DNA of 64,000 bases from an uncultured Planctomycetota bacterium (GCA_963849325.1 CAWKHF010000012.1:928001-992000), one strand, 5' to 3'. Positions 10,275 through 21,458 are shown, counted from the first letter of the stretch. Numbers and translations: made by a program. The notes: generated from the letters alone by a model not told the origin.

Positions 10275-11657
10275 TCACCAGCGCAGGATGCAATCGCTGG
10301 TGGCGGTAAACAGGCCGTGTTTCCCCTCGAACGGGGCCGTCTCCGTGTGGTAATCGTAGCGGACCTCCTGTCGCAGTTGCAGCCACTTGACCGGACGGAA
10401 CGTCAGGACCGTCGCCGGCGCCACGTACAGCCCCGCGAACCCCGTTCGCTGTCCCTGGAAGTCGTCGAAGAGTTCCAGCCGCGTCGCGCCGTTGAAGCGC
10501 TCCGTGAAGTTGTAGGTGAGGTAGTTGACGAGGTGCAGCCAGTTCGCCGTGCCGATGTCCGGCACGTTGTTGGTGAACCCGTACAAACTCTCGAAGGTGT
10601 AAACCAGGTTGGGATTGATTTTGTGCGTGGCGATCAGGTCGAGGATTTCGGGGTTGTGGAAGTTGTGTTCCTGGTCGAAGCGTCCCTTGTCGATGATGAC
10701 GTTGAGCAGCAGGCTATTGCGCAGATCCGGTGACACCCCTTTGACACTACCGATGAAGGTCGGCGTGTCGGTCGGGCCGAAGAAGTTATCGTTGCCCAGG
10801 ACCAAACCCGCCTGCACGGACACGGTCTCGCTGAGCTTGGTCGTCGTCAGGATGCCGGTCTGGGTGAAGGGATTGTAAATGAAGGCGTAGGCGTGCGAGA
10901 CGAGAGGATTGTCCGGGGCGGGGATCTGTTCCACGCCGAACTGGGAGAAGAAACGGCCAACCTTCACGTCCATCCCGCGGGCCACGCTGGGGAAATACGC
11001 CTCGGCGTAAAACTCGACGGGATCGATGCCGTACAGGTTCGGACCCCCGTTGCTGGCGGTCAGTTGGCCGTTGAAGAGGCCGCGCGGCAGGGTGAAGAAA
11101 TAATCCGAGCCGGGTAAAATCCAATCCGAGCGGAAGCCGAAACTCGGCTCGCTGGTGCCGCTGGTGACGACGGGCCGGTCGATGCGCAGCCAGTTCTGTT
11201 CCAGCAGGAACTGGTTGGCCTTGTAGTTCATACCGTAGGGCAGCTGATCGCGTTGATCGGTGCTGGCCGTGAAGTTGCCCTGCGTCCAGCCGTAGACCTG
11301 GGTGCGCTGGTCCTCCAGGCCGGCGCCCAGCCACGTCCCCTGAACGGTTCGCATGAACGGCCAACGCTCCGGTGCCTTGATGGCCTGCGATACGGGCGTC
11401 GGCTGGGCGGCCGCCGGTCCCGCCGTGGGCGTCGGGACCAGGATGGGGGCCGGCACTGCTCGGGCCGGTCCCGGCGTGCCGGCATCCTCAGGTGGCTGGG
11501 ATTCCTCCGTGTCGCCGTCCACGGCTTCCGCCGAGACGGACGGCGCGGACACGGGCGGCGCGGGAGCGCTATCGGGCTGGGCCCCTGCGGACAGGACCAT
11601 GCCCAACCAGGCCAACAGACCGGCCGCCCATCGGGCACCGGGCACCGTCGCGGCCAT
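10275..11657 (-). CDS. Outer-membrane beta-barrel porin (BBP2/DUF1597-like)
   Basis: Signal peptide, Pro-rich linker, DVKVGRF, SHAY..YNPFTQTG, LRQEVRYD, C-terminal aromatic residue (ILRW). Confidence 0.8.
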   Translation of the reverse strand: MAATVPGARWAAGLLAWLGMVLSAGAQPDSAPAPPVSAPSVSAEAVDGDTEESQPPEDAGTPGPARAVPAPILVPTPTAGPAAAQPTPVSQAIKAPERWPFMRTVQGTWLGAGLEDQRTQVYGWTQGNFTASTDQRDQLPYGMNYKANQFLLEQNWLRIDRPVVTSGTSEPSFGFRSDWILPGSDYFFTLPRGLFNGQLTASNGGPNLYGIDPVEFYAEAYFPSVARGMDVKVGRFFSQFGVEQIPAPDNPLVSHAYAFIYNPFTQTGILTTTKLSETVSVQAGLVLGNDNFFGPTDTPTFIGSVKGVSPDLRNSLLLNVIIDKGRFDQEHNFHNPEILDLIATHKINPNLVYTFESLYGFTNNVPDIGTANWLHLVNYLTYNFTERFNGATRLELFDDFQGQRTGFAGLYVAPATVLTFRPVKWLQLRQEVRYDYHTETAPFEGKHGLFTATSDCILRW

Positions 11658-11761
11658 GCAGGTCTCTCCTCCTTGCGCAACCCGCATACGTCGCACGGAA
11701 GGAATATCGGTTCGCTCTTTTGCTCGCCTGCACGGGAAAAAGCGATCTCGTCACTCCGGAA

Positions 11762-11813
11762 AAGCGAGGCAGTCCGGGAAGTCCCCAGCGGGACCTCCCG
11801 GACTGCCTCGCTT
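11762..11813. terminator. GC-rich inverted repeat downstream of the Cys-rich gene
   Basis: AAGCGAGGCAGTCCGGGA...TCCCGGACTGCCTCGCTT; followed by a T-run on the minus strand. Confidence 0.55.
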
Positions 11814-11828
11814 ATCCTGTCCGCGGGA

Positions 11829-12917
11829 TCAACGGCTGACGAGCGTGATCGGCAGGGTCGGCTTGTCGCCCCCCACTTCCACTTTTTGCTGATACAAGAA
11901 TCGGCCCGTCGCGTCCTGGACGTAGACGAACCAGGTGCCCGGCGTCAGCGTCGTCCGGAAGCGGCCCCCGTCGTCGGCGGTCACCGCCTGCCGTGTGGCC
12001 TGCTTGTCGGCGCTGACGAACAGGACTTGCGCTCGCCCCTGGGCGCGCGGATCGGCCCGGACGACCTGTCCTTGCGTGCTGTGCCGCGGCGCCGCGGTGA
12101 TGCGGTCGAAGCGGACGCGAGCGTTCGGGGCCGGCGCGGTCGGCTGGGCGGGCACCGGCGCCTGCAACTGCGGTTGACGGAACGACGAGTTGCCCGGCGT
12201 GTACGGCATCCGCGGGGCGCTGCTGCCGGGTCCGAATTTCATGCCCTGGGCCTGACCGGGTGGCGGCGCCTCGGTACTGTTGACGGCCGGCGGCGGAGCG
12301 GTCGGCTGACTCGATACGCCCGGCGGCGGGGCGGCCGGCTGACTCGACACGGCCGGCGGCGGAGCGGCGGGGACCGACGAGACTCCCGGCGGCGGCGCCG
12401 CGATCGGCGCCCCCACGCTCGTCGTGCAGCACGTCGTCACCGGCTCGTAGTAGAACGCCTGCTGGTACAACGTCACCGGCTGCATGCAGCAGCGCTGCAA
12501 GTAGCTTGTCACCGGGCAGCACTGCGAACGCAGCCGATAGCTGGTCACCGGACAGGCGGTCTGCTGGTAGCTGCACGTACACGGGTCGTAGGAGCAGCTA
12601 TAGCGGTAGGTCGTCACCGGCTCGTAGTAGTAGCTGGTGCGGTAGGTGGTGACCGGCTCCATGTAGCAACTCTGCCGGTAGGTGGTGACCGGCCGATAGT
12701 AGCAGCGCTGCACGTAGCGCGTCGTGCATTGCTGGCAGCCGCCGCACGGCGCGGGGGCCGCGGCGGGGATCGGCGCCGGCACGGCGACATAGTTGGAGCT
12801 GCGGCACGAGTTACAACAGACCTGGAAAACATTGTTCCAGGCCGCCGGGGCGGGACCGTTGGCCATCGCAAGGGCCGCCAGCGCGCAGCACCACAATGAA
12901 CCCCGACAGGGTCTCAT
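11829..12917 (-). CDS. Secreted Cys/Pro/Tyr-rich repeat protein (YTV-like repeats) with C-terminal beta-sandwich
   Basis: Signal peptide; repeated YY(E/R)PVTTYR units, many Cys, Pro-rich linker, TADDGGRFRTTLTPGTW end. Confidence 0.75.
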   Translation of the reverse strand: MRPCRGSLWCCALAALAMANGPAPAAWNNVFQVCCNSCRSSNYVAVPAPIPAAAPAPCGGCQQCTTRYVQRCYYRPVTTYRQSCYMEPVTTYRTSYYYEPVTTYRYSCSYDPCTCSYQQTACPVTSYRLRSQCCPVTSYLQRCCMQPVTLYQQAFYYEPVTTCCTTSVGAPIAAPPPGVSSVPAAPPPAVSSQPAAPPPGVSSQPTAPPPAVNSTEAPPPGQAQGMKFGPGSSAPRMPYTPGNSSFRQPQLQAPVPAQPTAPAPNARVRFDRITAAPRHSTQGQVVRADPRAQGRAQVLFVSADKQATRQAVTADDGGRFRTTLTPGTWFVYVQDATGRFLYQQKVEVGGDKPTLPITLVSR

Positions 12918-13144
12918 GGTACAATCTCCTTACCACGGGTGTTTGGTTGAATGGGTCTCTTGTCTGTTCCAGCACAAACGGGTGAGGCCCACGAAACCTC
13001 TCGCTTGCTTCGGCGCACCCTCGGTTCACGCCGACTACATCTTTAACCTTAATGGGCTGAAACCGGCAATCAAGAGAGGCGGCCGCATTCCCAGCGGGAA
13101 ATTCCTACCGTGGCTGTTAAAGTTGACAGGTCCGGCAAAATCAA

Positions 13145-13172
13145 CAACCCCCGAAGGGTCCCTCGGGGGTTG
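13145..13172 (-). terminator. Hairpin downstream of tpx
   Basis: CAACCCCCGA-agggtccc-TCGGGGGTTG, followed on the minus strand by TTGATTTT. Confidence 0.5.
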
Positions 13173-13235
13173 TGGGCTTGCTTTTCATCCGGTCCTGAAG
13201 TCGGACGCGCAGTGGGTTGACGGAATTGCAGCTGC

Positions 13236-13757
13236 TTAACCGGCGGCGGCCTTGACGGCGGCCAGGGCGGCATCGTAGTTGGGATGAGAGCCGACCTCGG
13301 GTACGTACTCCGCATACGCGATCGTGCCATTTTTATCGACGACGAAGACGGCCCGGCTGAGGAGCGGCAACGGCAGCCCCTCGATCAACACGCCGTAATT
13401 CTGACCGAACGAGTGGTTGTGGACGTCCGACAGCGTTTGCATGTTGGTGATGTTCTCGGCGCCGCAGAAGCGTTTCTGGGCGAAGGGCAGGTCGAGGCTA
13501 ACGGTGTAGCAGGCGAGCTTGTCCTTGAGGCTGCCGAGCGACTCGTCGAACTTCTTGGTCATCTGGCTGCACACCGGCGTATCCAGCGACGGCACCACGC
13601 TGAACAGCCGAGCCTTGGCCGGCGTCTTGCCCAGGTCCACGAGGTCGAGTCCACTCAGGCAGGTGAAGTTCGGCGCCTTGTCGCCCGCCTTGAGCTGCGG
13701 GCCGACCAGCGTCAGCGGATTGCCTTTGAACGTGACCGCGTTCGCGCGTTTCTGCAT
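13236..13757 (-). CDS. tpx: Thiol peroxidase (Tpx)
   Basis: VTFKGNP, SVVPSLDTPVC, SLDLPFAQKRFC, LLSRAVFVVD. Confidence 0.95.
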   Translation of the reverse strand: MQKRANAVTFKGNPLTLVGPQLKAGDKAPNFTCLSGLDLVDLGKTPAKARLFSVVPSLDTPVCSQMTKKFDESLGSLKDKLACYTVSLDLPFAQKRFCGAENITNMQTLSDVHNHSFGQNYGVLIEGLPLPLLSRAVFVVDKNGTIAYAEYVPEVGSHPNYDAALAAVKAAAG

Positions 13758-13981
13758 GGGGAGATCCTCTCTTCTTCGGTGTGAACACACGCTGACAACC
13801 CGGTCAAGATATGCCTGTCTCCCGCGATCGTCAAACCGCTGGCACCTCCGCGTCGCGCCGCGTCTCGGCTTCCCATTCAAGTCGTTCTCCCGCACAACCG
13901 AACAAAAGATCGTACTCGTGTTGTTCCCATTGCGCGGGTTGTGCGCTTCGCTCCATCGCCAGGCAGGGAGGGGTGGGAGAG

Positions 13982-15226
13982 ATGGGATGCTTGCACCGTC
14001 TCCCCTTGCTCGTCCGGGGCGTGGTGCTCTTGCTTTTGGCGGGAGGAAGCGTTTGTGGTTGCACGGCGCGTCCGCGGGACGATTGCCCCCTTCGGGAAGA
14101 TGCCCCGCGTCCGCTGCAAGAACTTTATCCCGCCGTGGAAGCGCCGGCCGCCGCGGGCCTGGCGACCGCCCTGAGCGTGCTGGCGCCGGCCCCTCCGGCC
14201 GTCCCTCGACCTCTCCAGGTCCTCGCCCTCTCCGGCGGCGTGGCGGGGGCACCGTTTACGGCTGGTGTGCTAGTAGGCTGGACGCAGTCCGGCACGCGGC
14301 CCATGTTCGACGAGGTGACCGGAATCAGCAGCGGCGCCTTGATCGGCGCCTACGCCTTCCTCGGACCCAAGTACGATCCCGAGATGAAACGCTTGATTTT
14401 GACCCTCCGCGCCGCGGACCTGTTTCGCTTTCGGCCGTTGCGCTGGATGATGCGCGATGGGGCGTTCGGCTCGGCGGAACCGGCCCAGCGACTGATCCGC
14501 AACGTGTACCACGACGATTTCGTCGCCGATCTGCGGCAGGCCCACGCCGAAGGACGCCGTCTTTTCGTCGGCACCATGAGCGTGCAGACCAAGCAGCTGG
14601 TGATCTGGGACGTTGGGGCCATCGCGTCGAGCGGCCGTCCCGACGCCGCCGACCTTGTCCGCAAGGTGCTCCTGGCCGCGGTGTCGTGGCCGGGAGCCGT
14701 GCCGCCGGTCGAGTTCGACGTGGAAGTGAATGGTCGTTGTTACCGCGAACAACATTGCGACGCCGGCTCGGCCGCCATGGCGTTCGTGCGTTTCGGGCCG
14801 CTGCCCGGCTGGCCTCCGTCATGCGCTCCCGTTCAGCCCGGCTGGCTGGCCGGCTCGGACCTGTACGTCCTCGCCAGTCGCAAGCTGTACTCCGACCCGG
14901 CGCCCGTTCGCAAGTGCGCCCTGCCTCGCCTGCTGCTGTCCGTCTCCGCCATCTTTGAAGCCCTGACGCGGGCGGACATCGCTCGGCTGTATTCCTTCTG
15001 CGCCGTCTCCGGGATGCGTTTCAACCTGCTCGCTCTGCCCGCCGACTTTCACGGAGCGCCGCCGAGCATGAGTAACCTGTATCCCAAGGATGCGCGGCCC
15101 CTATTTGAGATGGGATGTCAAATCGGCGCACGCGGTCCTTGTTGGCGGCATACGCCGCCGGGCGCCGGACCCGGCGAGGAGGCCGTGCCGCGCGATGGGT
15201 CCAACATCAAGCCCTGTGGGTTGTAA
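13982..15226 (+). CDS. Patatin-like phospholipase (possible lipoprotein)
   Basis: VLALSGG..GAP, GISSG nucleophile elbow, DAG motif variant (HCDAG). Confidence 0.8.
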   Translation: MGCLHRLPLLVRGVVLLLLAGGSVCGCTARPRDDCPLREDAPRPLQELYPAVEAPAAAGLATALSVLAPAPPAVPRPLQVLALSGGVAGAPFTAGVLVGWTQSGTRPMFDEVTGISSGALIGAYAFLGPKYDPEMKRLILTLRAADLFRFRPLRWMMRDGAFGSAEPAQRLIRNVYHDDFVADLRQAHAEGRRLFVGTMSVQTKQLVIWDVGAIASSGRPDAADLVRKVLLAAVSWPGAVPPVEFDVEVNGRCYREQHCDAGSAAMAFVRFGPLPGWPPSCAPVQPGWLAGSDLYVLASRKLYSDPAPVRKCALPRLLLSVSAIFEALTRADIARLYSFCAVSGMRFNLLALPADFHGAPPSMSNLYPKDARPLFEMGCQIGARGPCWRHTPPGAGPGEEAVPRDGSNIKPCGL

Positions 15227-15355
15227 ACCTCTCGCCTCCACCTCTTGTCAATTCCGTTTCCAAACGGCAACACCTTCTCCGGCTCGTGCGGCCTTGTCGG
15301 GCCTATTTCCCCATCCACACGCCGAAAAGGGGCGAATGAGAGAGATGGCGAGATT

Positions 15356-15371
15356 CGGCATCGCAATTGCT
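15356..15371 (+). promoter_or_regulatory. Putative sigma54 (-24/-12) promoter
   Basis: CGGCATCGCAATTGCT fits GG-N10-GC and the TGGCAC-N5-TTGCW consensus; intergenic. Confidence 0.45.
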
Positions 15372-15595
15372 AAAAGAGAGGCCAAGGTACTGAACTCGCC
15401 TCGTTCGTACGGAAATGTGCTGCCTCCCGCCTTCGCCTGCGGGGATAGCGGATTCACTTCTCCCCAAAGGTCGATGTGCCGGCCCCGGCGGTCCCCCCGC
15501 CGGGGCTGGCCTGCCATCCGTCAACGACGGCTGGGAACGGCCTTGACCTCCCCCTCCCTCTGTGCGATACAACTCGCTTCACGGGAGATGCGATC

Positions 15596-16030
15596 ATGCG
15601 CCGAAGGGGGACGGCTTGGGTTGCGGCCGTGGTGGCCGCCGCGCTGAGCGGCTGCGGGACGGTGGTGAATTGCACCGCCGTTAACGGCCCAGCCGCCCGC
15701 GAGATCTACGGCGGCGTCAAGCAGGACGTGCAAAACGGCTCCGGCCATCTCGCCGAGGCGTTTTACGGACCCTGCCCCTCCTTCTCCCCCTATCCCACCT
15801 CGCCCAACTCCGGTCCCAATCTGCTGGGCAAATCGTTCTGCGCCGGCTGCGGAGTCTGCATGCTGGCCCTCGATCTGCCGGTTTCCTTCGTGGCGGACAC
15901 GCTCACTCTGCCCGTCACCATCCCCGCCGCTCTGAGCAAAACGAAAGAGCCGCGCAAGCGCAAGCGATCTTCGGCCCAGGCACGGACAGCGGTTACACTC
16001 CCGACAACGCAGTCGAGGACGGGCGGATGA
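15596..16030 (+). CDS. YceK/YidQ (DUF1375)-family lipoprotein
   Basis: Lipobox LSGC-GT, YGGV..D and LDLPVSFVADTLTLP motifs. Confidence 0.85.
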   Translation: MRRRGTAWVAAVVAAALSGCGTVVNCTAVNGPAAREIYGGVKQDVQNGSGHLAEAFYGPCPSFSPYPTSPNSGPNLLGKSFCAGCGVCMLALDLPVSFVADTLTLPVTIPAALSKTKEPRKRKRSSAQARTAVTLPTTQSRTGG

Positions 16031-16168
16031 TTCCTCGTCGTCAGTCGGGATAACGGCCGATGGGTCTTCTTCCCGATACTTTCCGCTGGCAAACCGGCCC
16101 CTCGCTCCGGTACGATAAATCTTCATCGTGGTCCAACACCGAGTTGTCTTGAAGCGAGAAGAACCCGC

Positions 16169-17887
16169 ATGACGCTCATCCCGACCTGCTGGCCCCGCGC
16201 ACGGCCCTGCTCCTGGTGATCGTCGCGGCCGTCATTCCTGCCGCCGCGAGGGCGGAGGACGCTCTGCCGCTGAAGACCCTCGCCAACCTCAAGGCGGCGA
16301 CCGTGTTCCTCAAGGTTGAGGATGGCCGCGATGCGGCCAGCGGCACCGGCTTCGTCATCAAGACGGAAGGACAGACCGCGTACCTCGTCACCAATCACCA
16401 CGTCATCGACCTCGCCGACGGCAAGCCGCGGCCGTTCGCCAGGCCGCCAGTCATCACGGCCGTCTTCGGCAGCGGCACGAAGAACGATCGTTCCGCCCGC
16501 GCCGAGGTGCTCGCCTCCGACGTTCGCCGCGACCTGGCCGTGCTCAAGGTCCAGGGTGTGCGCGATTTGCCTCCACCCATCGAGTACGACCACGAGCCGC
16601 AATTGATCGAGACCATGCCGGTCTACATCCTCGGCTTTCCGCTGGGCGAGATGTTGGCGACGGGCAAGGGCAACCCGGCCATCACGGTCAACCGAGGCTC
16701 GGTGTCCAGCATCCGCATGAATGACCACGGCGAGGTGGCGACGGTGCAGATCGACGGCGACATCACGCCGGGCAACAGCGGCGGGCCGGTCGTGGACGCA
16801 CGCGGCCGACTCATCGGCATCGCCGTCGCCACCATCCGCGGTCGAAACATCGGCTTTGCCATCCCCGGCATCGCCCTGACGCGACTGCTGCACGGTCGGC
16901 TGCTCGAATACCATTTCACGACTCGGCCGGGTGCGTCGGGGAACCTGGAAGTGCAGGTCGAGCTGACGGTGTTCGATCCGTTCGACCGCATCCGTGGCAT
17001 CACGTTTTACTACCTGCCCCGCGATCACGGCGGCGCCCGCAAGTTGGCGGCCGTGATGGGCGTGCAGAAGGTGGACCTGCGGCGCAACCGCGGTCAGGTC
17101 ACGGGCACGTTCTCGCTCGCGGGCGGCGCGGGAGTGGAGACGCCGGTCGCCTTCCAGGCGGTCTACGTCAACGGCGAGGGCAAGACCTTCCTGAGCAACC
17201 CGCGTGTCCGCCGTTTCCGTCCCGGTGCCGCGCCGCCGCCTCCGGTGGCCGTGGCCCCTCCGGCTGTCCGACCGCCCCAGCTCGGCAATCAACCGCTCGA
17301 CAAGGAGGGGGTGACGCAGGCCCTCAAGGATCTACAAAGCGACGAAAACCATCGGCGCCGCATGGCCGCCGACCGTCTGGCGAGGACGCCGCCGGAGGAC
17401 CGCCGCGCCGGAAGTGGTCAAGGCGCTGGAGCCGCTGCTGAGCGACAAGGACTTATTCGTGCGCATGAGCGGGGTGAAGGCCTACATTCCCTGGGCGGGC
17501 AAGGACGGTGTGGCGAGGTACTATCAACTGCTCAAGTCCGATAACGTCTTCATACGGCAGCCGGTAATTGAGCCGCTGGCGAGATATGAGGGGGCGAAGG
17601 CGGCCGAGGCGTTGGCGGAGCTTTTGCTGGACCCGCATTGCCGCCATCCCGCCAGCAAGGCGCTACAAGGGATCGGGCCCGGTGCCGAAAAAGCCGTGCA
17701 GCCGTACCTGGAGAAAGGCGACTGGGTCACGCGCGGCGAGGCGTGCCGTATTCTCCAGAAAATCGGCACGGCGGATAGTCTTGAAGCCCTGAAGCGCGCC
17801 AGCACGGACCGTCAGCCCGGCGTGGCACTGCCGGCCCGCGCCGCCCTGCAAGAAATCGAAAAGCGAAAGGCCAAGGCAACGAAATGA
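16169..17887 (+). CDS. Trypsin-like serine protease with C-terminal HEAT repeats (frameshifts near 16200 and 17410)
   Basis: GTGF, VTNHHV, DLAVL and PGNSGGP catalytic motifs; the 17414-17887 frame encodes HEAT-like helices (ASKALQGIG, EACRILQKIG). Confidence 0.8.
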
Positions 17888-17972
17888 GGGCGAACGGCCG
17901 GCGTCAGCCGGCTGGTCGAGTCAAACCAGCCGGCTGACGCCGGCCGTTCGCCAGGTTTAAGGAGTTTCGCAC

Positions 17973-18914
17973 ATGCCCGTCCGGACTCAGTGCCCTTCCT
18001 GCAAAATGGCCATCAACGCGCCCGACGGAGCGCCTCGTCAGCGCGTGCGCTGCCCTTTCTGTGCATCCGTCTTCATGGTCGAGGCCCGGAACGCTCCACC
18101 ATCCAAGGCTGTATCGGCGCGACCGCCGGATCGAGACATGCTGCAAACCGGCAAGGACGTGCGGCCGGCGTCCCGGCGCAGCCCTCCGACGATTCGCACG
18201 CATGACGAGCCGGTCGTCACCCGCAAGTCGTCGGGCGTTCCCGTGGGTCTGCTGATTGGACTCGGCGTCGGCGTGGCCGGCCTGTTTTTCCTGCTCATCG
18301 GGGGAGGGGCCGTCCTGTGGTTCGTTCTCAGCCGATCCAGTGACCCTCCGCCTCCTGTACCTCCGCCGGTGGAAGTCGTCGCTCAGGTCGTCCCTGCTCC
18401 GGCTGTAGCGGAACCGGCGCGGCAAGTCGTCCCTGCCGCGCAGGCGGTCCCCGAAGCGCCGGCCGCCGTCGAGGGGGCCGAAGAGTTCGTGGACCTGCCG
18501 GAGCGCGGCGAGGCCATGCCGGGCGTGGCCGGACTCAATCCCGAACAACCGCAAGGCGGCGTCCCCGGGCCGGGAATGCCGGGCGCCCGGCCGCGCGTCG
18601 CCCTCTCCAACGGACGGGCGGTGCGCGTCGTGGGGAGGGCCGGCATGTCCTTCCAGGTCGATTACCGCTTCGAGCAAAGCACACCACAAGCGGCGGCGCG
18701 TTACAAATGGGTGATCCTCACGGCGCGAGGCAAGGTGTTCCCCATCTCCCTCACGGCGGCCCAGCTGCAAGCGAGCGGCACTCTTCAGGCCCGCGGCCTC
18801 GGAGCGACGTCAATCGATGCCCCTTACCAGACCTTCCTGGCCATCGAGGTGTCCGTGCCGGGGCGTCTCGGCATCCAGGTCGAGAAGATTTCCGATGTGC
18901 TGACAATCCGTTGA
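17973..18914 (+). CDS. Zinc-ribbon (MJ0042-type) membrane protein
   Basis: CPSC...VRCPFC N-terminus, central TM helix, Pro-rich linker; AAGGAG RBS. Confidence 0.8.
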   Translation: MPVRTQCPSCKMAINAPDGAPRQRVRCPFCASVFMVEARNAPPSKAVSARPPDRDMLQTGKDVRPASRRSPPTIRTHDEPVVTRKSSGVPVGLLIGLGVGVAGLFFLLIGGGAVLWFVLSRSSDPPPPVPPPVEVVAQVVPAPAVAEPARQVVPAAQAVPEAPAAVEGAEEFVDLPERGEAMPGVAGLNPEQPQGGVPGPGMPGARPRVALSNGRAVRVVGRAGMSFQVDYRFEQSTPQAAARYKWVILTARGKVFPISLTAAQLQASGTLQARGLGATSIDAPYQTFLAIEVSVPGRLGIQVEKISDVLTIR

Positions 18915-18940
18915 CAGTGAAGAGGAGCGAAGGTGACGAC

Positions 18941-20208
18941 ATGACGCGCAACCTGTTTCGGGCGGCGGTGGTCCTGTGTTCGTCCGCCCTGCTTTGCAGC
19001 GGTCCCGGCCCCGTTCGCGGCGAGGAAGCGGAGGCACGGCAGCTCGCCGAGCAGGCCCAGGAGTACGCCCGCGACAAGAAATACGACCAGGCCATCGAAT
19101 CGATTCACAAGGCCATCCGATTGGAGCCGAAAAACGATCAGTATCTGGGGATGGCCAGCGAGATCGAGCGCCTCGCCGGCCGCTTCGCCGACGGCGTCCG
19201 CGACGCGCTGGCCGCCCTCAAAATAAACGACAAGGTTGGTCTCTATTACGCCCTCGTCGCCGCCAACGCCTACGGCAACCAGGATCCCGAGTTGGCCCTG
19301 GAATACTGCCGCAAGGTGATCGAAATGGGGCCGAGCAGTGTCCGCCCGTCCGTCTACAACGACGTCAAGGCTTACGAGGACTTGCTCGTCAAGAAGACCT
19401 ACACCATCACCTGGAACCTCGACCCTTCCGACCCACAGCATCGCAAATTCATCGGCAATTCCCTCCCGGTGGCCCTGCCCAAGAGCGACCTGCCGTACCA
19501 GAGCGTCTCGGTGCAGGTCAAGGGCGCCAGAAGCTATCGTCTCGTCAAGGGCGAGGTCAACGACGTGGTGCGCGTCGTGCCCAACGGCAACAAGGCCTTC
19601 CAGGTCATCACCAAGGTGACGGTGCAGCCGGTCAGCTACAAGGCGAAGCTGGCGAAGGCCGAGCAACGGGCCGATTCCGGTCAACGTCCGTCCCTTCCTC
19701 GGAGCGGCCGAGTCCTTCGACCCGGACAGCCCGGCGCTGAAAAAAATCGCCGCCGAGGTGAAGGGCGGCAACAGCGTCGAGACCGTCCGCAACGTCCTGG
19801 CGTGGCTGCACAAGAACATCAAGTACAAGAACGAGGTCAGTTCGATCACCAAGCTGGATTTCAAGAACGTGGACGAGATCGTCGAGCGCGGTCACGCCGA
19901 ATGCCGCGGCTACACGATGCTGTTCGCGGCCCTGTGCCGCGCCGCCGGCGTGCCGGCCCGGCCGGTGTGGGGCGTGCTGTTCTATCCCAAGAGCTTCGCC
20001 AGCCACAACTGGGACGAGGTCTACATCAGCCGGCGTCGGCTGGGTGCCGGTGGACCCGCAGAAGGTCGAGACGTTCGGCTGGCTGCCGATCAACCACGTC
20101 CGCATCTTCATGGACCTGCGCAAGACGCCCACGTCGGAAGAGAATTTGCCGCTGCTCAACCTGGTGTTCATGAACGGCGAGAAGTTGCAGTACGAGCAAT
20201 CGCGCTGA
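18941..20208 (+). CDS. Secreted TPR + transglutaminase-like domain protein (frameshifts near 19670 and 20030)
   Basis: Signal peptide, TPR helices, GHAECRGYTMLFAALCRAAGVPAR, HNWDEVY, WVPVDP. Confidence 0.8.
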
Positions 20209-20254
20209 GCGTCGGGCGCATGCCGGGCTTGTGCTGATGCGCACTAGAACGGTC

Positions 20255-21458
20255 TCACGTCGTATACTCGGCGTTGAGGCGGATGTATTCCTGCGTCAGG
20301 TCGCAGGTCCAGAAGGTGCAGCGGCCGGGCCCGAGCGTGAAGCGCAGACGCAGGTGGACGTGACGCTCGCGCTTCAGGTAGGCCGAGGCGGTGGCGGCGT
20401 CGAACGGCTGCGGCGCGCCGGCATGATACAGCAGCAGGTCGCCCAGCCACAGCGACAGGTGCTCCTCCTCGAACTCCACGCCCGCGTAGCCCGCCGCCGA
20501 AACGATGCGGCCCCAGTTGGGGTCGGCGCCGTGGATGGCCGTCTTGACCAGGGCGCTGTCGGCGATGGTCTTGGCCACGCGGTACGCCTCGCGGTCGTCG
20601 CGCAGCCCCTCGACCTCGATGGTGATGAGGTGCGTCGCCCCCTCGGCGTCGGCGGCGATGGCCCGCGCCAGCTCGCCGCACACGTCCGTGACCGCCGCGC
20701 CGAACCGCGTCAAGGCCTCGCCGCGCACGGGAGCCTGTCCGGGCTGGCCGGCGCCGTTGGCCAACAGCAGCAGCGTGTCGTTGGTGCTGGTGTGGCCCTC
20801 GACGCTGACGCAGTTGAAGGTGTGGTCGGCCGTGCGGCGCGCCAGCGTGGCCAGGTCTTCCGCTGACACCGCGGCGTCACTGCAGACGAACGCCAGCATG
20901 GTCGCCATGTTCGGCCCGATCATGGCCGCCCCCTTGGCCACGCCCGTCAGACGGACCGTCGACGCCGTCCAGTTCGACCTCGCGCGTCGCCACCTTGATG
21001 CGCGTGTCGGTGGTCAGGATGGCGCGGGCCAGGCTGTCGAGGGCCAGCGGCGTGTCGGCCAGCAGCGGGACGGCGGCGCGGATGCCGGACTCGATCGGCG
21101 GCATGGGCAGGTGCCGGCCGATGACGCCGGTGGAGCAGACGAGCATCTGTTCGGGCCGGCAGCCGAGTGCCTCGGCGGCGACGGCGGTCATGGCGCGGGC
21201 GTCGTCCAGGCCCCGCCGGCCGGTGCAGGCGTTGGCGTTGCCCGAGCAGACGACGACGCCGCGCACCTCGGCGGACGGCAGCCGTTCCTGGCAGACGCGC
21301 ACCGGGGCGGCGCGTACGCGGTTCTGCGTGAACACGCCCGCCGCCGCGGCCGGGACGTCGCTGACGAGCAGGGCCAGGTCGCGGCGGTCCGGGTCGGGAC
21401 GGAGGCCGCAGTGCAGGCCGGCGTAGCGAAAACCCTTGGCGAGGTGCCAGATGGTCAT
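20255..21458 (-). CDS. argJ: Bifunctional ornithine acetyltransferase/N-acetylglutamate synthase (frameshift near 20950)
   Basis: GVFTQNRVRAAPV, SGNANACTG, STGVIG, ILTTDT, AKGAAMIGPNMATML, TSTNDT, DPNWGRI, WTCDLT. Confidence 0.95.
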
